NCBI GenBank assembly: GCA_030614255.1
Contig: JAUWKI010000002.1
Span: forward strand, 4,449-68,448
Direction of reading: 5' to 3'
Source of the DNA: Actinomycetes bacterium
GTDB taxonomy: Bacteria; Actinomycetota; Aquicultoria; UBA3085; Oleimmundimicrobiaceae
DNA: 64,000 nucleotides
Shown piece by piece: positions 10,060-20,601 of the stretch; within the stretch, counting starts at the first letter, position 1; every line of letters starts with the position of its first letter. Under the pieces are notes generated by a model, which was not told where the DNA came from, did not search any database, and saw only the letters and a program-made list of their open reading frames with translations. The position numbers and the translations under genes are program-made.

Positions 10060-11415
10060 TCATTGATTTAAATATTCCAACGCTTCTTGAACGTTTCTCA
10101 CGGGCAAAAGCTCGATATCTAAACCTTTTTCTTCTATATCGGCATCTTGTGCCGGTAAGATTACCCTCTTAAATCCAAGGCCTGCCGCCTCGGCTAAACG
10201 CTTCTCAACCTGGCCTACAAATCTTACCTCTCCAGCTAACCCGATTTCACCAAAAGCAACTATATCAGCCGGCACCTTTTTATCGAGATAGGATGAGGCC
10301 ACAACAAGCGCAATCCCTAAATCCACCACTGGCTCCACAACTCTTATTCCCCCCGTGATATTCGCATAAACATCGCATTTTTCAAGGTGGAAACCCATTT
10401 TTTTCTCAAGGACCGCCAAAACTAAAGAGAAGCGATTAGAATCTAGCCCCGAGCAAAGACGTCGGGGAAAATTTAAATAAGAGTTAGATGTCAAACCTTG
10501 CAACTCAACAAGAAGAGGACGATTGCCTTCCATCGTAACAACCACAACAGAACCCGGCACATTGGTAGGCCTCTCGGCTAAAAAAAGCGCCGATGGATTT
10601 ACAACTTCCGTAAGACCCTTTGAAGTCATCTCAAATATACCGACTTCATTAGTTGAACCAAAACGATTTTTAACCGCTCTTATCACTCGATAGTTGCGAT
10701 GTGTATCCCCCTCAAAATATAGAACTGTGTCAACTACATGTTCTAATATCTTAGGTCCAGCTATAGAGCCATCTTTTGTTACGTGCCCGACAATAAAAGT
10801 TGGGAGACCCCTCGTCTTAGCCATTCTAAGTAGCCGTCCCGTAAATTCTCTTACTTGGCTTACACTTCCCGGAGCAGAAGAAATATCGGAACAAAACATC
10901 GTCTGGATCGAGTCGATAATGAGAAGTGTCGGATCTATCTCCTCAATCTGACTCGCAATATAGTCAAAATCGGTTTCACACAAAATAAACTGGTTGGGGG
11001 AGAGTTGTCCTAGTCTGTCCGCCCTCATCTTTATCTGTCTGGCCGATTCTTCACCTGACACAATTAAAATTCTATCACCAGATAGTGCCATGTTGTTAGC
11101 GACTTGAAGAAGAAGGGTGGATTTCCCTATACCAGGAATTCCGCCAAGCAATACCAGAGAACCGTTTACAATGCCTCCTCCTAAAACTCTATCAAGTTCC
11201 GGAATTTGCGTCGGGAGGCGCTTTTTCTCTGCACCTTTTACACTGGTTATATCCTGAGCAGGATTAAATGAATTAAAAGCATTGCCTTTTGGGGTCTCCA
11301 TGATGGGCTCTTCAACAATCGTGTTCCATCCTCCACACCCTGGACACCTTCCTAACCACTTCGAGGAAGTATAACCACATTCTTGGCAACGCATTATGGA
11401 TTGAACTTTACGCAT
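10060..11415 (-). CDS. radA: DNA repair protein RadA (Sms)
   Basis: 451 aa with an N-terminal Zn finger (CQECGY...CPGC), a Walker A motif (GGIPGIGKST) and a Lon-like C-terminus. Confidence 0.95.
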   Translation of the reverse strand: MRKVQSIMRCQECGYTSSKWLGRCPGCGGWNTIVEEPIMETPKGNAFNSFNPAQDITSVKGAEKKRLPTQIPELDRVLGGGIVNGSLVLLGGIPGIGKSTLLLQVANNMALSGDRILIVSGEESARQIKMRADRLGQLSPNQFILCETDFDYIASQIEEIDPTLLIIDSIQTMFCSDISSAPGSVSQVREFTGRLLRMAKTRGLPTFIVGHVTKDGSIAGPKILEHVVDTVLYFEGDTHRNYRVIRAVKNRFGSTNEVGIFEMTSKGLTEVVNPSALFLAERPTNVPGSVVVVTMEGNRPLLVELQGLTSNSYLNFPRRLCSGLDSNRFSLVLAVLEKKMGFHLEKCDVYANITGGIRVVEPVVDLGIALVVASSYLDKKVPADIVAFGEIGLAGEVRFVGQVEKRLAEAAGLGFKRVILPAQDADIEEKGLDIELLPVRNVQEALEYLNQ

Positions 11416-11426
11416 ATTGACTCTTT

Positions 11427-13871
11427 CTAGCTTAGCCCCACCTTTTCCTTCTCAGAATAAAACACTATCCTATCATCTTTGGCGTCAGCTTTAATCTTAT
11501 GCTCTCCTGCAAAATTTCCACGCAAAATCGCCTCTGAGAGGGGATCTTCAACCAAACGCTGAATTGCACGTCTAAGTGGCCTCGCTCCAAGAGCACGGTC
11601 ATATCCTTTTTTAGAAAGCAATGTCTTTGCTTTGTCGGTCAAGGTAATTGATATATTTTTCGTCCTAAGTTGTTCTTCAATCCGCTTAATCATCAAATTG
11701 ACAATGACCTTGATATCTTCTTCTCGAAGCCTATGAAAAACAATAATATCATCCACCCTATTTAAAAACTCGGGGCGAAAGGTGCGCTTAAGTTCGCCTA
11801 TCACTTTTTCCTTCATTTCGTTATAAGATAAGGATTCGTTTGATTCCTTCGAGAAACCAACCCGAACGGCCTTCTGAATCATCTTGGCGCCAAGGTTGGA
11901 TGTCATAATCACGATGGTGTTCTTAAAATCAACAGCGCGACCCTGAGCATCTGTCAACTTCCCATCCTCAAGTATCTGTAAAAGGATGTTGAAAACGTCC
12001 GGGTGGGCCTTCTCGATTTCATCAAACAAAACAACTGAGTACGGTTTACGCCTTACGGATTCGGTAAGTTGACCTCCCTCATCGTAACCAACATATCCAG
12101 GCGGGGAGCCAATCAACCTCGATGTGGTATGTTTTTCCATATATTCCGACATATCGAATTGCAAAAGAGCATCCTCGTTCCCGAAAAGATACTCAGCCAA
12201 AGTGCGGGCTAGTTCCGTTTTACCAACCCCTGAAGGACCGAGAAAAATAAATGAGCCCATTGGCCTCCGAGGATCCTTCAAACCAGCCTTGGTCCTTCGA
12301 ATAGCTTTGGAAATGGCTTTAACTGCTTCGTCTTGCGCAATGACCCTTTTGTGAAGAGCTTCCTCCATGCGAAGTAGTTTAGCTGATTCCTCTTCCGTTA
12401 TTTCTACTACAGGAATTCCCGTCCATACAGAAACGACTTCTGACACCTCTTTCTCTTCGACTTTTTCCGCACTCCTGAGTTTGGGATTCTTCCAATCTTC
12501 ATCAGCTTGTCTCTTTTTCTTAATTAGAGACTTTTCTTTATCACGTAAATCGGCGGCCTTCTCAAAATCCTGTTCCTTTACCGCTGCCGCCTTTTCTTTC
12601 CTTACTTGTTGTAATTCGTTCTCAATCTCCCTCAAACTGGAAGGAGCCGTCATCGACATCAATCTGACCTTAGATGCCGCTTCATCTATTAAATCAATAG
12701 CTTTATCAGGCAAAAACCTATCGGATATATATCTATCTCCAAGATGAGCCGCGGCAGAAATTGCGTCGTCGGTAATACTTACACGATGATAAGCTTCATA
12801 GCGATCTCTTAACCCTTTTAAAATATTTATCGTCTCATCGACAGTAGGTTCATCGACCATAATCTGTTGAAACCTGCGCTCCAAAGCGGAATCCTTCTCG
12901 ATATATTTCCTATACTCATTCAATGTGGTAGCACCAATAGTTTGGATTTCACCACGCGCAAGGGACGGCTTGAGTATACTAGCTGCATCGATGGCTCCTT
13001 CGGCTGCACCAGCTCCAACAAGAGTATGAAGTTCATCAATAAATATGATGACATCGCCTCTGTTTTGAATCTCTTTCATAACCTTTTTTAATCTTTCCTC
13101 AAACTCTCCACGATACTTAGAGCCAGCAATCAACGAGCCCAAATCCAACGCATATATCTGTTTACCCTTTAATGTCTCAGGAACCTCATTTTTGGCTATG
13201 AGCTGAGCTAAGCCCTCAACTATCGCTGTTTTGCCCACCCCGGGATCACCTATTAACACGGGGTTATTTTTGGTTCTTCTCGAAAGAATTTGCATCATTC
13301 TCTCTATCTCTTTTCGCCGGCCTACTGTGGGATCAAGCTTATTCTCTAAAGCATAACGAGTAAGATTTCTTCCAAACTCATCGAGAAGAACTTTCTTGCC
13401 TTTTACCGCCTGTGATTCTATCATTTTATCCTCATAGTGCCCACTTAGAAGTTGAACAGTCTGTTCCTGAACACTTTCAAAACTAACTCCTGACTCCTCA
13501 AGAATCCTCGCCGCAATCCCTTCCTTCTCCCTTATCAAGCCAAGCAAAATATGCTCGGTTCCAATATAGTTATGTCCAAGTTTTAAAGCTTCTCTTAGGG
13601 AAAGTTCCAAAACCTTTTTGGCGCGGGGCGTGAAGGGAATATGGCCAGTTAGCTCAGCAGACCCCATCTCAACTTCTTCTTCGACCCGCTCCCGAACATC
13701 GTCTAGACTAACACCCAAATTCTCCAACACTCTGACGGCAATGCTTTCACTCTCACGAATTGCCCCCAATAGAAGGTGCTCCGTCCCGACATAGTTCTGT
13801 TTTAGAGTCTTAGCTTCTTCTTGAGCAGAAACAATTGCTCTCCTAGCTCGTTCGGTAAATCTCTCAAACAT
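11427..13871 (-). CDS. clpC: ATP-dependent Clp protease ATP-binding subunit ClpC
   Basis: 814 aa with two AAA+ modules ([16 protein letters not shown]), a UVR-like middle region and an N-terminal Clp_N repeat. Confidence 0.95.
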   Translation of the reverse strand: MFERFTERARRAIVSAQEEAKTLKQNYVGTEHLLLGAIRESESIAVRVLENLGVSLDDVRERVEEEVEMGSAELTGHIPFTPRAKKVLELSLREALKLGHNYIGTEHILLGLIREKEGIAARILEESGVSFESVQEQTVQLLSGHYEDKMIESQAVKGKKVLLDEFGRNLTRYALENKLDPTVGRRKEIERMMQILSRRTKNNPVLIGDPGVGKTAIVEGLAQLIAKNEVPETLKGKQIYALDLGSLIAGSKYRGEFEERLKKVMKEIQNRGDVIIFIDELHTLVGAGAAEGAIDAASILKPSLARGEIQTIGATTLNEYRKYIEKDSALERRFQQIMVDEPTVDETINILKGLRDRYEAYHRVSITDDAISAAAHLGDRYISDRFLPDKAIDLIDEAASKVRLMSMTAPSSLREIENELQQVRKEKAAAVKEQDFEKAADLRDKEKSLIKKKRQADEDWKNPKLRSAEKVEEKEVSEVVSVWTGIPVVEITEEESAKLLRMEEALHKRVIAQDEAVKAISKAIRRTKAGLKDPRRPMGSFIFLGPSGVGKTELARTLAEYLFGNEDALLQFDMSEYMEKHTTSRLIGSPPGYVGYDEGGQLTESVRRKPYSVVLFDEIEKAHPDVFNILLQILEDGKLTDAQGRAVDFKNTIVIMTSNLGAKMIQKAVRVGFSKESNESLSYNEMKEKVIGELKRTFRPEFLNRVDDIIVFHRLREEDIKVIVNLMIKRIEEQLRTKNISITLTDKAKTLLSKKGYDRALGARPLRRAIQRLVEDPLSEAILRGNFAGEHKIKADAKDDRIVFYSEKEKVGLS

Positions 13872-14936
13872 TTAAATCGTCCCCTCCCGCAATTCAAATA
13901 GCTTGCGTTTTATAAGGTTCGCTCGAGCTATAGACTCCGAGTCTTCATCAACATCTTTCCCAATAAAATCACGAAGGTGCGCGGTTCCTATGAGCATCAT
14001 CAGTTTTGCTATCTGATTACGATTCAAGTTGGGCAAAATCTTAAGATCGATACCCAAGCGAATCATCGAAAGGTACTCGATTGCTTCCTCGAAAGAGATT
14101 AATTTTGCATGGGCAAGAACCCCCCATGATCTCGAAATCTCGTCTAGTAACCCGATTTTTCTCTCCTTCATCAAAATTTGCCTAGCGGCCCTTTCTCTCT
14201 CTATTATATTTTTCGACACGCTCTGCAAGTTATCGACAATTTCGTCCTCGGACTTACCCAGCATCACCTGACTGGACACCTGATAAAAATTCCCCGCCAT
14301 ATTGGTTCCCTCTCCAAAGAGTCCTCTCACAGTTATACTGGAACTCGATAAACTCGAGAACAATGATTCCACTTCCTCGTTAATTACCAAACCCGGTAAG
14401 TGCATCATGACTGAAGCCCTCATGCCAGTACCGATATTAGTTGGACACTCAGTCAAATATCCCCAGCGCGTAGAGAACGCATAAGGCAAACGCGAGCTCA
14501 ACTTACTATCTATTCCGTCCGCAATTTTTAGGGCCTTTTGAAGTTGGAACCCAGACAAGAATGCCTGGATGCGAAGATGATCTTCCTCGTTAACCATGAT
14601 ACATAAATTGCTGTTTTCCTCGCTTAAAATAACTGCCAGGCCCTTCTTGTCGCTATCGAAGCTCGAACTTATCAAGTGTTTTTCGACCAAGATATTCTTT
14701 TCTTGCGGGACAAGCTCTTCAGAAAAGATTAGGGTGAAACCATTAAGGTCTTGGTCACGACCAATGGCTTTTGAGATAAAATTGCGAACTTCGCTTAATT
14801 GAACTTCGGTCGCCCAATAAGGAAAGACAAAATTTTCTAAATTTCTAGCGATCCTTACCCTGCTGCTTACAACCACGTCCGAGTCAGAACTATCGCTCTC
14901 TATCCAATTGCCGAAATCTGATTTTAAAGTAATCAA
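13872..14936 (-). CDS. mcsB: Protein-arginine kinase McsB (ATP:guanido phosphotransferase family)
   Basis: 354 aa. Phosphagen-kinase-like sequence, positioned between mcsA and clpC. Confidence 0.9.
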   Translation of the reverse strand: MITLKSDFGNWIESDSSDSDVVVSSRVRIARNLENFVFPYWATEVQLSEVRNFISKAIGRDQDLNGFTLIFSEELVPQEKNILVEKHLISSSFDSDKKGLAVILSEENSNLCIMVNEEDHLRIQAFLSGFQLQKALKIADGIDSKLSSRLPYAFSTRWGYLTECPTNIGTGMRASVMMHLPGLVINEEVESLFSSLSSSSITVRGLFGEGTNMAGNFYQVSSQVMLGKSEDEIVDNLQSVSKNIIERERAARQILMKERKIGLLDEISRSWGVLAHAKLISFEEAIEYLSMIRLGIDLKILPNLNRNQIAKLMMLIGTAHLRDFIGKDVDEDSESIARANLIKRKLFELREGTI

Positions 14937-14937
14937 A

Positions 14938-15462
14938 TCAACCTACCCTTAGAGAACTGTGCTCCTCAATATCCTTAATTTCATCTCTTACTTTGGCGGC
15001 CCTTTCATACTCCTCTTCTTTGACACATACCTTCAAATCATGTCGCAGTCGCACCAGTTTCAATTCCAGCCTAGTTTGCTCATCTAAATGACTTGGAATC
15101 TTGCCCATATGTTCCCCTCTGCCATGGATTTTTTTAAGTAACGGAGAAAGTTTTTTCTCGAACGATTTATAACAATCACTACACCCCAGTCTCCCGCTCT
15201 TACGAAAATCGCTCAATTTTATACTGCACGTGGGACAAGTCATTTCACTCTCCTCCTCAAAATCTTCAAGAAGATAGCTCTCTCCAGGATCAAAGGCATT
15301 ACTTAAAAACTGAGGTAGTTTAGAGAATTCATCTAGAGATAAGAGACTATCCCAAAATTTCTTCGCACAGTCTTCGCATAAGTGAGTTTTTAAGACTCTC
15401 CCATTTATGACTTTAACCATATAAATATAGGGTTTGTTTATGTGACATTCATCGCAAAACAT
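14938..15462 (-). CDS. mcsA: McsA (zinc-finger/UVR-domain activator of McsB)
   Basis: N-terminal CDEC...CEDC and TCPTC...CSDC zinc-finger pairs and a C-terminal UVR-like segment. No ctsR gene or CtsR box lies upstream. Confidence 0.7.
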   Translation of the reverse strand: MFCDECHINKPYIYMVKVINGRVLKTHLCEDCAKKFWDSLLSLDEFSKLPQFLSNAFDPGESYLLEDFEEESEMTCPTCSIKLSDFRKSGRLGCSDCYKSFEKKLSPLLKKIHGRGEHMGKIPSHLDEQTRLELKLVRLRHDLKVCVKEEEYERAAKVRDEIKDIEEHSSLRVG

Positions 15463-15581
15463 GAATTATATCTCCCAAAAAAGTTATCTAAATTCATTCT
15501 ATCACCCGTCGCAGTTTTTAGCCACGCGGCTTCAGCTTAGAAAATTTACGGGTGTTAATGCAGAAATATTCCGACCAGAAT

Positions 15582-17060
15582 TTAACTTTCAGGCCGCATT
15601 TGAGGAAAGAAAATTACTTCCTGAATCGAGTGAGAGTTGGTTAAAAGCATAATCAATCTGTCAACTCCAATACCGAGACCCCCCGTCGGAGGCATCCCAT
15701 ACTCTAACGCCCGAAGAAAATCTTCGTCTATACGCTGGGCTTCCTCATCATCTTCGTTTAATTGTTGCTCAAACCGCTCCCTCTGCTCTAATGGATTTAT
15801 CAGTTCGGAAAAGGCATTGGCTATCTCTCTTCCGGCAACAATTAACTCAAATCTCTCGGTAAGATTCGGGTTATCGGGATGCTGTTTAGCTAATGGGGTT
15901 ATTTCAATCGGATAATCTTTTATAAAGGTGGGTTGAACAAGTTGTCCCTCGACAAGTTTCTCAAAAATTTCCGCAATTATCTTGCCCTTACCAAAACCAT
16001 CTTCTACTTTTATTTGGTGGCGTTTGGCAATAATCTTCAGCTCATCAATTTTCATCTCAAATGAGAGCTTTATCCCTGCAAATTTTTCAATTGCTTCAAG
16101 CATAGTATACTCTCGCCAACCATTGGAAAAATCAAGTTGATTGCCTTCGTACTCAACCATTGTAGATTCATACAACTCTTCAGCAACAGAGCTTATGAGC
16201 TCTCGTGTAAGCTTCATCATATCCTTATAGTCAGCATATGCTTGATATATTTCAAGCATTGTGAATTCGGGATTATGTTTTGAGGACATCCCTTCATTTC
16301 TAAAGTTCCTATTGAGCTCATATACCCTCTCAAGCCCGCCCACAATTAAACGTTTCAGGTAAAGCTCGGGCGCTATGCGAAGATAAAGATCCACATCTAA
16401 AGCATTATGATGAGTAACAAAAGGTTTCGCGGTTGCGCCTCCGGGAATGGGTTGCAACATGGGAGTTTCTACCTCCAGAAAACCTCTTTCATCCAAAAAG
16501 TTTCGTATGGATTTGATTATCTTATTTCGTTTGATAAATAGCTCTTTAACATCGGGGTTTACTACCAAGTCAACATAACGTTGACGATGCCTGATCTCGA
16601 TATCCTTTAGTCCGTGCCACTTTTCCGGAAGAGACCGAAGGGACTTGGATAAGAGTTCAAATTCATCAACCATGATAGATAGTTCTCCGCGACGAGTTTT
16701 AAATGTCAGGCCAGACAACCCAATCCAATCACCGATATCTAAATCGATGAAGAAACGGTATCTTTCTTCTCCCAGCTTGTCTACCGCCAAGTAGAGCTGT
16801 ATCTTTCCTGAGATATCGCTAAGGACAGCAAAACTTGCTTTGCCATGCTTCCGTAAAGCCATAATTCTGCCAGCTACACAAACTTTATCACTTGTATTCT
16901 CACCGGGTTGAATATCTTTGTGGGTCGATATAATCTCAGAAATGTAGTTCGCTCGCTCAAATTTGCCCTTGTAAGGGCTTAGGTTTGAGGAAATCAATTC
17001 TTGTAATTTACGCCGGCGTTGAAGCATTAGTTCATTAAGTTCGAGTTCATTCTCTTCCAT
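15582..17060 (-). CDS. lysS: Lysyl-tRNA synthetase (class II)
   Basis: 492 aa with an OB-fold N-terminus and class II motifs (GGLGIGVDRL). Confidence 0.95.
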   Translation of the reverse strand: MEENELELNELMLQRRRKLQELISSNLSPYKGKFERANYISEIISTHKDIQPGENTSDKVCVAGRIMALRKHGKASFAVLSDISGKIQLYLAVDKLGEERYRFFIDLDIGDWIGLSGLTFKTRRGELSIMVDEFELLSKSLRSLPEKWHGLKDIEIRHRQRYVDLVVNPDVKELFIKRNKIIKSIRNFLDERGFLEVETPMLQPIPGGATAKPFVTHHNALDVDLYLRIAPELYLKRLIVGGLERVYELNRNFRNEGMSSKHNPEFTMLEIYQAYADYKDMMKLTRELISSVAEELYESTMVEYEGNQLDFSNGWREYTMLEAIEKFAGIKLSFEMKIDELKIIAKRHQIKVEDGFGKGKIIAEIFEKLVEGQLVQPTFIKDYPIEITPLAKQHPDNPNLTERFELIVAGREIANAFSELINPLEQRERFEQQLNEDDEEAQRIDEDFLRALEYGMPPTGGLGIGVDRLIMLLTNSHSIQEVIFFPQMRPES

Positions 17061-17089
17061 CGTTGTCTCTCAACAACTCCTTAAGTTCA

Positions 17090-17557
17090 TTATTTAATTT
17101 CCGATATTAAGTACTCCAGCTCCCCGACGGGAACTTGAACCTTCACCTTTTCTCCTGCCTTTTTACCCATAATCGCCATTCCGACAGGAGATTCATTGGA
17201 AATTCTGTGCTCACTAGGGTCTGCCTCGGCGGAGCCAACCAACATGTACTCGATAGTTTCATCGAATTCCAAATCTCGCAAAACCACTAACGAACCCAAA
17301 TCCACTTCATCGGTTCTACTATTATCGCTTATAATTTTAGCATCCTTAAGGATATTCTCTACCTGTTTTATTCGACCTTCGAGAAAAGCCTGCTCATTTT
17401 TGGCATCTTCATACTCAGCATTTTCGCTGATATCTCCAAACTCTATTGCTTCCTTTATTCGTTTTGCAACTTCTCTACGTTTTTGAGTCACCAAATGATT
17501 CAACTCATCCTCAAGTTTTTGGTGGCCTTCTTTTGTCAAGACAACTTCTTTATCCAT
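17090..17557 (-). CDS. greA: Transcription elongation factor GreA
   Basis: 155 aa. The sequence DISENAEYEDAK...VSLVS is typical of GreA. Confidence 0.95.
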   Translation of the reverse strand: MDKEVVLTKEGHQKLEDELNHLVTQKRREVAKRIKEAIEFGDISENAEYEDAKNEQAFLEGRIKQVENILKDAKIISDNSRTDEVDLGSLVVLRDLEFDETIEYMLVGSAEADPSEHRISNESPVGMAIMGKKAGEKVKVQVPVGELEYLISEIK

Positions 17558-17611
17558 CGAGTTATCATTCTCCTTTAACAGTTAATTAATAGAAAATAGC
17601 ACTGCATAGCA

Positions 17612-17630
17612 GTGCCAATATAAGTTACTA
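17612..17630 (-). terminator. Hairpin GCACTGC-ATA-GCAGTGC followed by T-rich sequence on the minus strand, downstream of the AAR-like operon
   Basis: A perfect 7-bp inverted repeat lies 80 nt after the stop at 17709. Confidence 0.5.
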
Positions 17631-17708
17631 GTTAAAGTTGTATTATAGAAAAATACTGCCTACCTGTCAAAATAAATCAACCTATCAAGAAAATGACCCG
17701 GAAGAATT

Positions 17709-18851
17709 CTAGCCTAGCTCGGAATATTTCAACATTCGACGCACTCGATAAAACCACTTTTTGTCGCTATTCAAGGCGGCATTCTTTCTTATTTCCTTGA
17801 TTTTTTCCCTGGTAATCTTCTCACCAAAACAGCGAAAGCCAGCTAGCTTAAACCCATGTTTCTTAGCAAGTTTAAAGATCTCCTCTACATTAGAGATTCG
17901 AACACTTCCCAAGTCAAAATTCTTTTGCACCCCTTCAAGACATAGAATCATGGTCTCAGCCATACACGCATAAGCATATTTATCAGGCTTCAACCTGAAG
18001 TCATAATCAAAACACGGTTTCCTTTTCACCCTCATCCCGGGTATTCTTATGATGCCCCCATCAAAAACTAAAATATCGTTTCTCTTTTTTAAAACAGAGT
18101 TAGATACATCGGGTGGTTGGGCAACATCGCAAACCACCGTCCCAGGCTCAAGATCAATAACATCAATTATAGTGTTGGCATCACTGGTAGCTGATATAAC
18201 AAGGTCCGTGTCTTTCAAAGCCTTCTTTACATCTGTAGAGACGCTAATCTCCGTAAATTTTTTCAATTTATCCGCTTGAAGTTTAAGAGCCTCTTGACGT
18301 CTTCCTACCAAAACCATCTCAGCAACCTCTGGTGCAAGAATTTCACTGCAAGCTCTTCCAATTGAACCAGTAGCGCCTACGACCACCAACTTAGCTTTAG
18401 AGATACGTATTCCCATCAATCTTGCCGCTTTTTTTATTCCCTCTACTGCAGCAGCAACCGTATAACTATTTCCGGTCGTAATCGGAAGGGTGGCTTGTTT
18501 CGCTATCGTCAACCCGCCGTTTACAGTGATAGATGTGAAACCACCTAACCCTACTATGCTGGCACCCAGCTCTTTACTTATGTCTATGGCCTCAAGAATT
18601 TTCCTTCGCGCAAGTTCGGGATGCTCTCTCATCTGCTCCGGTAAAAGGGGTACAGTTACAAACCATCCTTCAGCTTTCCTACCCGTTTTTGAGGTAAGGC
18701 CAGTAATATGCGACCCGATAAAAGGCGGCCTTTCGCACATCCAAAGGAGCAGTTTTTTTATCAGCACTATGGACTTACCAGCAGCCTTCTTCTCGAAGCT
18801 GATAACATCATCTAAGTCTAACGGATGGATTAAAAAAGCAAACTTTCTCAC
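17709..18851 (-). CDS. Acyl-ACP reductase (AAR)-family NAD(P)-dependent oxidoreductase
   Basis: Blocks LGGFTSI, TTGNSYTV, VVGATGSIG and CMAETMILCLEGVQKNFDLGSVRISNVEEIFKLAKKHGF align with the cyanobacterial AAR blocks LGGFTSI, TTGNTHTA, VVGATGDIG and [41 protein letters not shown]. Confidence 0.7.
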   Translation of the reverse strand: MRKFAFLIHPLDLDDVISFEKKAAGKSIVLIKKLLLWMCERPPFIGSHITGLTSKTGRKAEGWFVTVPLLPEQMREHPELARRKILEAIDISKELGASIVGLGGFTSITVNGGLTIAKQATLPITTGNSYTVAAAVEGIKKAARLMGIRISKAKLVVVGATGSIGRACSEILAPEVAEMVLVGRRQEALKLQADKLKKFTEISVSTDVKKALKDTDLVISATSDANTIIDVIDLEPGTVVCDVAQPPDVSNSVLKKRNDILVFDGGIIRIPGMRVKRKPCFDYDFRLKPDKYAYACMAETMILCLEGVQKNFDLGSVRISNVEEIFKLAKKHGFKLAGFRCFGEKITREKIKEIRKNAALNSDKKWFYRVRRMLKYSELG

Positions 18852-18856
18852 TCACA

Positions 18857-19300
18857 TCACCCTGTAGGTCTTTCCATCTTCGCCTTCATTCCTTTGAGCA
18901 TCATCTCCGAGTTCTCTTTCACCTTTAGCTCTAAAACAGGTCCGAGAAGATCTTCCATGTTAGGCATACCAAAATCGAAATCGACGGTCAAAGTGACTTT
19001 AGTATTTCCAGATATATCCTCAAATCTCCACTCTCCCTCAAACTTATCCAGATCACCCTCGACCAGCTCATACTTAATGAGATGATTCTCATCATCTAAT
19101 AATTCTTTTTCGGTCCAAGTTATGGCAACACCGTCAATATCGGTTACCCATTCTGTGACGGTCTCATTTTTCTCCTTCTTAATGAACCTTACTTCTTTTA
19201 CGTCCCTCATAAAGTCCGGAAACTTTTCCATATTCTTGGCTAACTCATAGACTTCTTTTTTTGGAGACTTAATCTCTATGGAACTCTTAATATAAGGCAT
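18857..19300 (-). CDS. SRPBCC (Bet v1/START-like, polyketide-cyclase-like) small protein
   Basis: 147 aa with SRPBCC-like composition. Placed tightly between the AAR-like gene and the aminotransferase. Confidence 0.6.
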   Translation of the reverse strand: MPYIKSSIEIKSPKKEVYELAKNMEKFPDFMRDVKEVRFIKKEKNETVTEWVTDIDGVAITWTEKELLDDENHLIKYELVEGDLDKFEGEWRFEDISGNTKVTLTVDFDFGMPNMEDLLGPVLELKVKENSEMMLKGMKAKMERPTG

Positions 19301-20593
19301 TTAATTTCCTCCTTCAATTTTAAACAATCGAGCATACATGGACTGTGCCTTCTCAACAGTCCCTTCAACTATCTTTAAAACTTTGTTTAACTGGTTTTCA
19401 GTAATAACAAGTGGTGGCTCAAATCTGATTACTCTTGGATTATTTAACGTATAAACGGCGGTTATTCCTCTCTTTGCCATCTCGGGAATAATAATTCCGC
19501 CAAGGCCCTCCTTGGTCAGCTCAAGGCCTATCATCAATCCTCTCCCTCTAACTTCGGAAATGATGTCAGGGTAATTTGCTTGCACACCTTTTAAACCAGC
19601 CACTAAATAATTTCCAAGATAGACGGCCCGCTCGCAGAGACCCTCTTCTAGAACAACCTCAATCATAGCTTTGGCCGCTACACAAGCCAGAGGATTTCCA
19701 CCAAAAGTCGAAGTGATAATGAGTGGGTTAGAACGAAAAACCTTCCAGACCTCAGGAGTCCCAATGAATGCCCCGATTGGGATAACCCCTCCGCTTAAAC
19801 CCTTCGCAAGCGTAATTATATCCGGAGCGACATTGTAGTGATCCACGGCAAACATCTCCCCGGTTCGCCCAAGACCAGTTTGAATTTCATCGGCTATTAA
19901 AAGAGCACCTGATTTATTACAGATATTTCTCAGCTTCGGCAGATAGTCCTCAGGAGGAATGATAATGCCTCCTTCACCTTGAATCGGCTCGACGATAACC
20001 GCCGCGGTGTTTTCACAGATTATTTCCCGAACTGCTTCAGCATCCCCAAACGGCACATGAGTAAAATCCCCCACTAGAGGCTTGAACGGGTCGCGGTAGA
20101 TATCCTTTCCGGTTGCAGATAAAGCTCCGAACGTCTTCCCATGAAAAGCATTGTGGGTTGAGATAATTTCAGTTCTACCTGTAGCCACTCGAGCGAGTTT
20201 CAAAGCTCCCTCAACGGCTTCAGCACCGCTGTTACATAAAAAAGAGTACTGAAGATTGCCCGGCGTTATCTCGGCCAAAAGTTCAGCCAAATCCGCAAGA
20301 GGCCTATTTAAAAACACTTTCGAAGATAAGGACATTTTTCCCAGTTGATTCCGGACAGCCTTTACGACTTTCGGATGACTATGCCCTATATTAAAAACGC
20401 CATACCCACCGGCACAATCTATGTACTCTTTGCCAAAAACATCGGCAATGATCGCTCCATGAGCCTCCCACTCGACGGTGTCGTACCCTGTTACCTTAAG
20501 GAGCCGAGTAAGGGATGGGTTGTGATAATTTTTCGTTTTTCGGAAAGTCTCTTCCGTTATTCTTTTTGCTGTCTCATCTTTGATATCTTCCAC
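19301..20593 (-). CDS. Class-III PLP-dependent aminotransferase (acetylornithine/omega-amine aminotransferase family)
   Basis: 430 aa. The segment DEIQTGLGRTG...TLAKGLSGG with the PLP lysine is characteristic of class III aminotransferases. Confidence 0.85.
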   Translation of the reverse strand: MEDIKDETAKRITEETFRKTKNYHNPSLTRLLKVTGYDTVEWEAHGAIIADVFGKEYIDCAGGYGVFNIGHSHPKVVKAVRNQLGKMSLSSKVFLNRPLADLAELLAEITPGNLQYSFLCNSGAEAVEGALKLARVATGRTEIISTHNAFHGKTFGALSATGKDIYRDPFKPLVGDFTHVPFGDAEAVREIICENTAAVIVEPIQGEGGIIIPPEDYLPKLRNICNKSGALLIADEIQTGLGRTGEMFAVDHYNVAPDIITLAKGLSGGVIPIGAFIGTPEVWKVFRSNPLIITSTFGGNPLACVAAKAMIEVVLEEGLCERAVYLGNYLVAGLKGVQANYPDIISEVRGRGLMIGLELTKEGLGGIIIPEMAKRGITAVYTLNNPRVIRFEPPLVITENQLNKVLKIVEGTVEKAQSMYARLFKIEGGN

Positions 20594-20601
20594 CCCATCA
20601 C

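Noticed and set aside
12124-12747. Plus-strand ORFs (76 and 126 aa) inside clpC, and similar antisense ORFs inside ftsH, lysS, nadB and others
   Set aside because: They are shadow ORFs on the opposite strand of strongly supported long genes. Their Ser/Leu-rich composition is typical of antisense frames.
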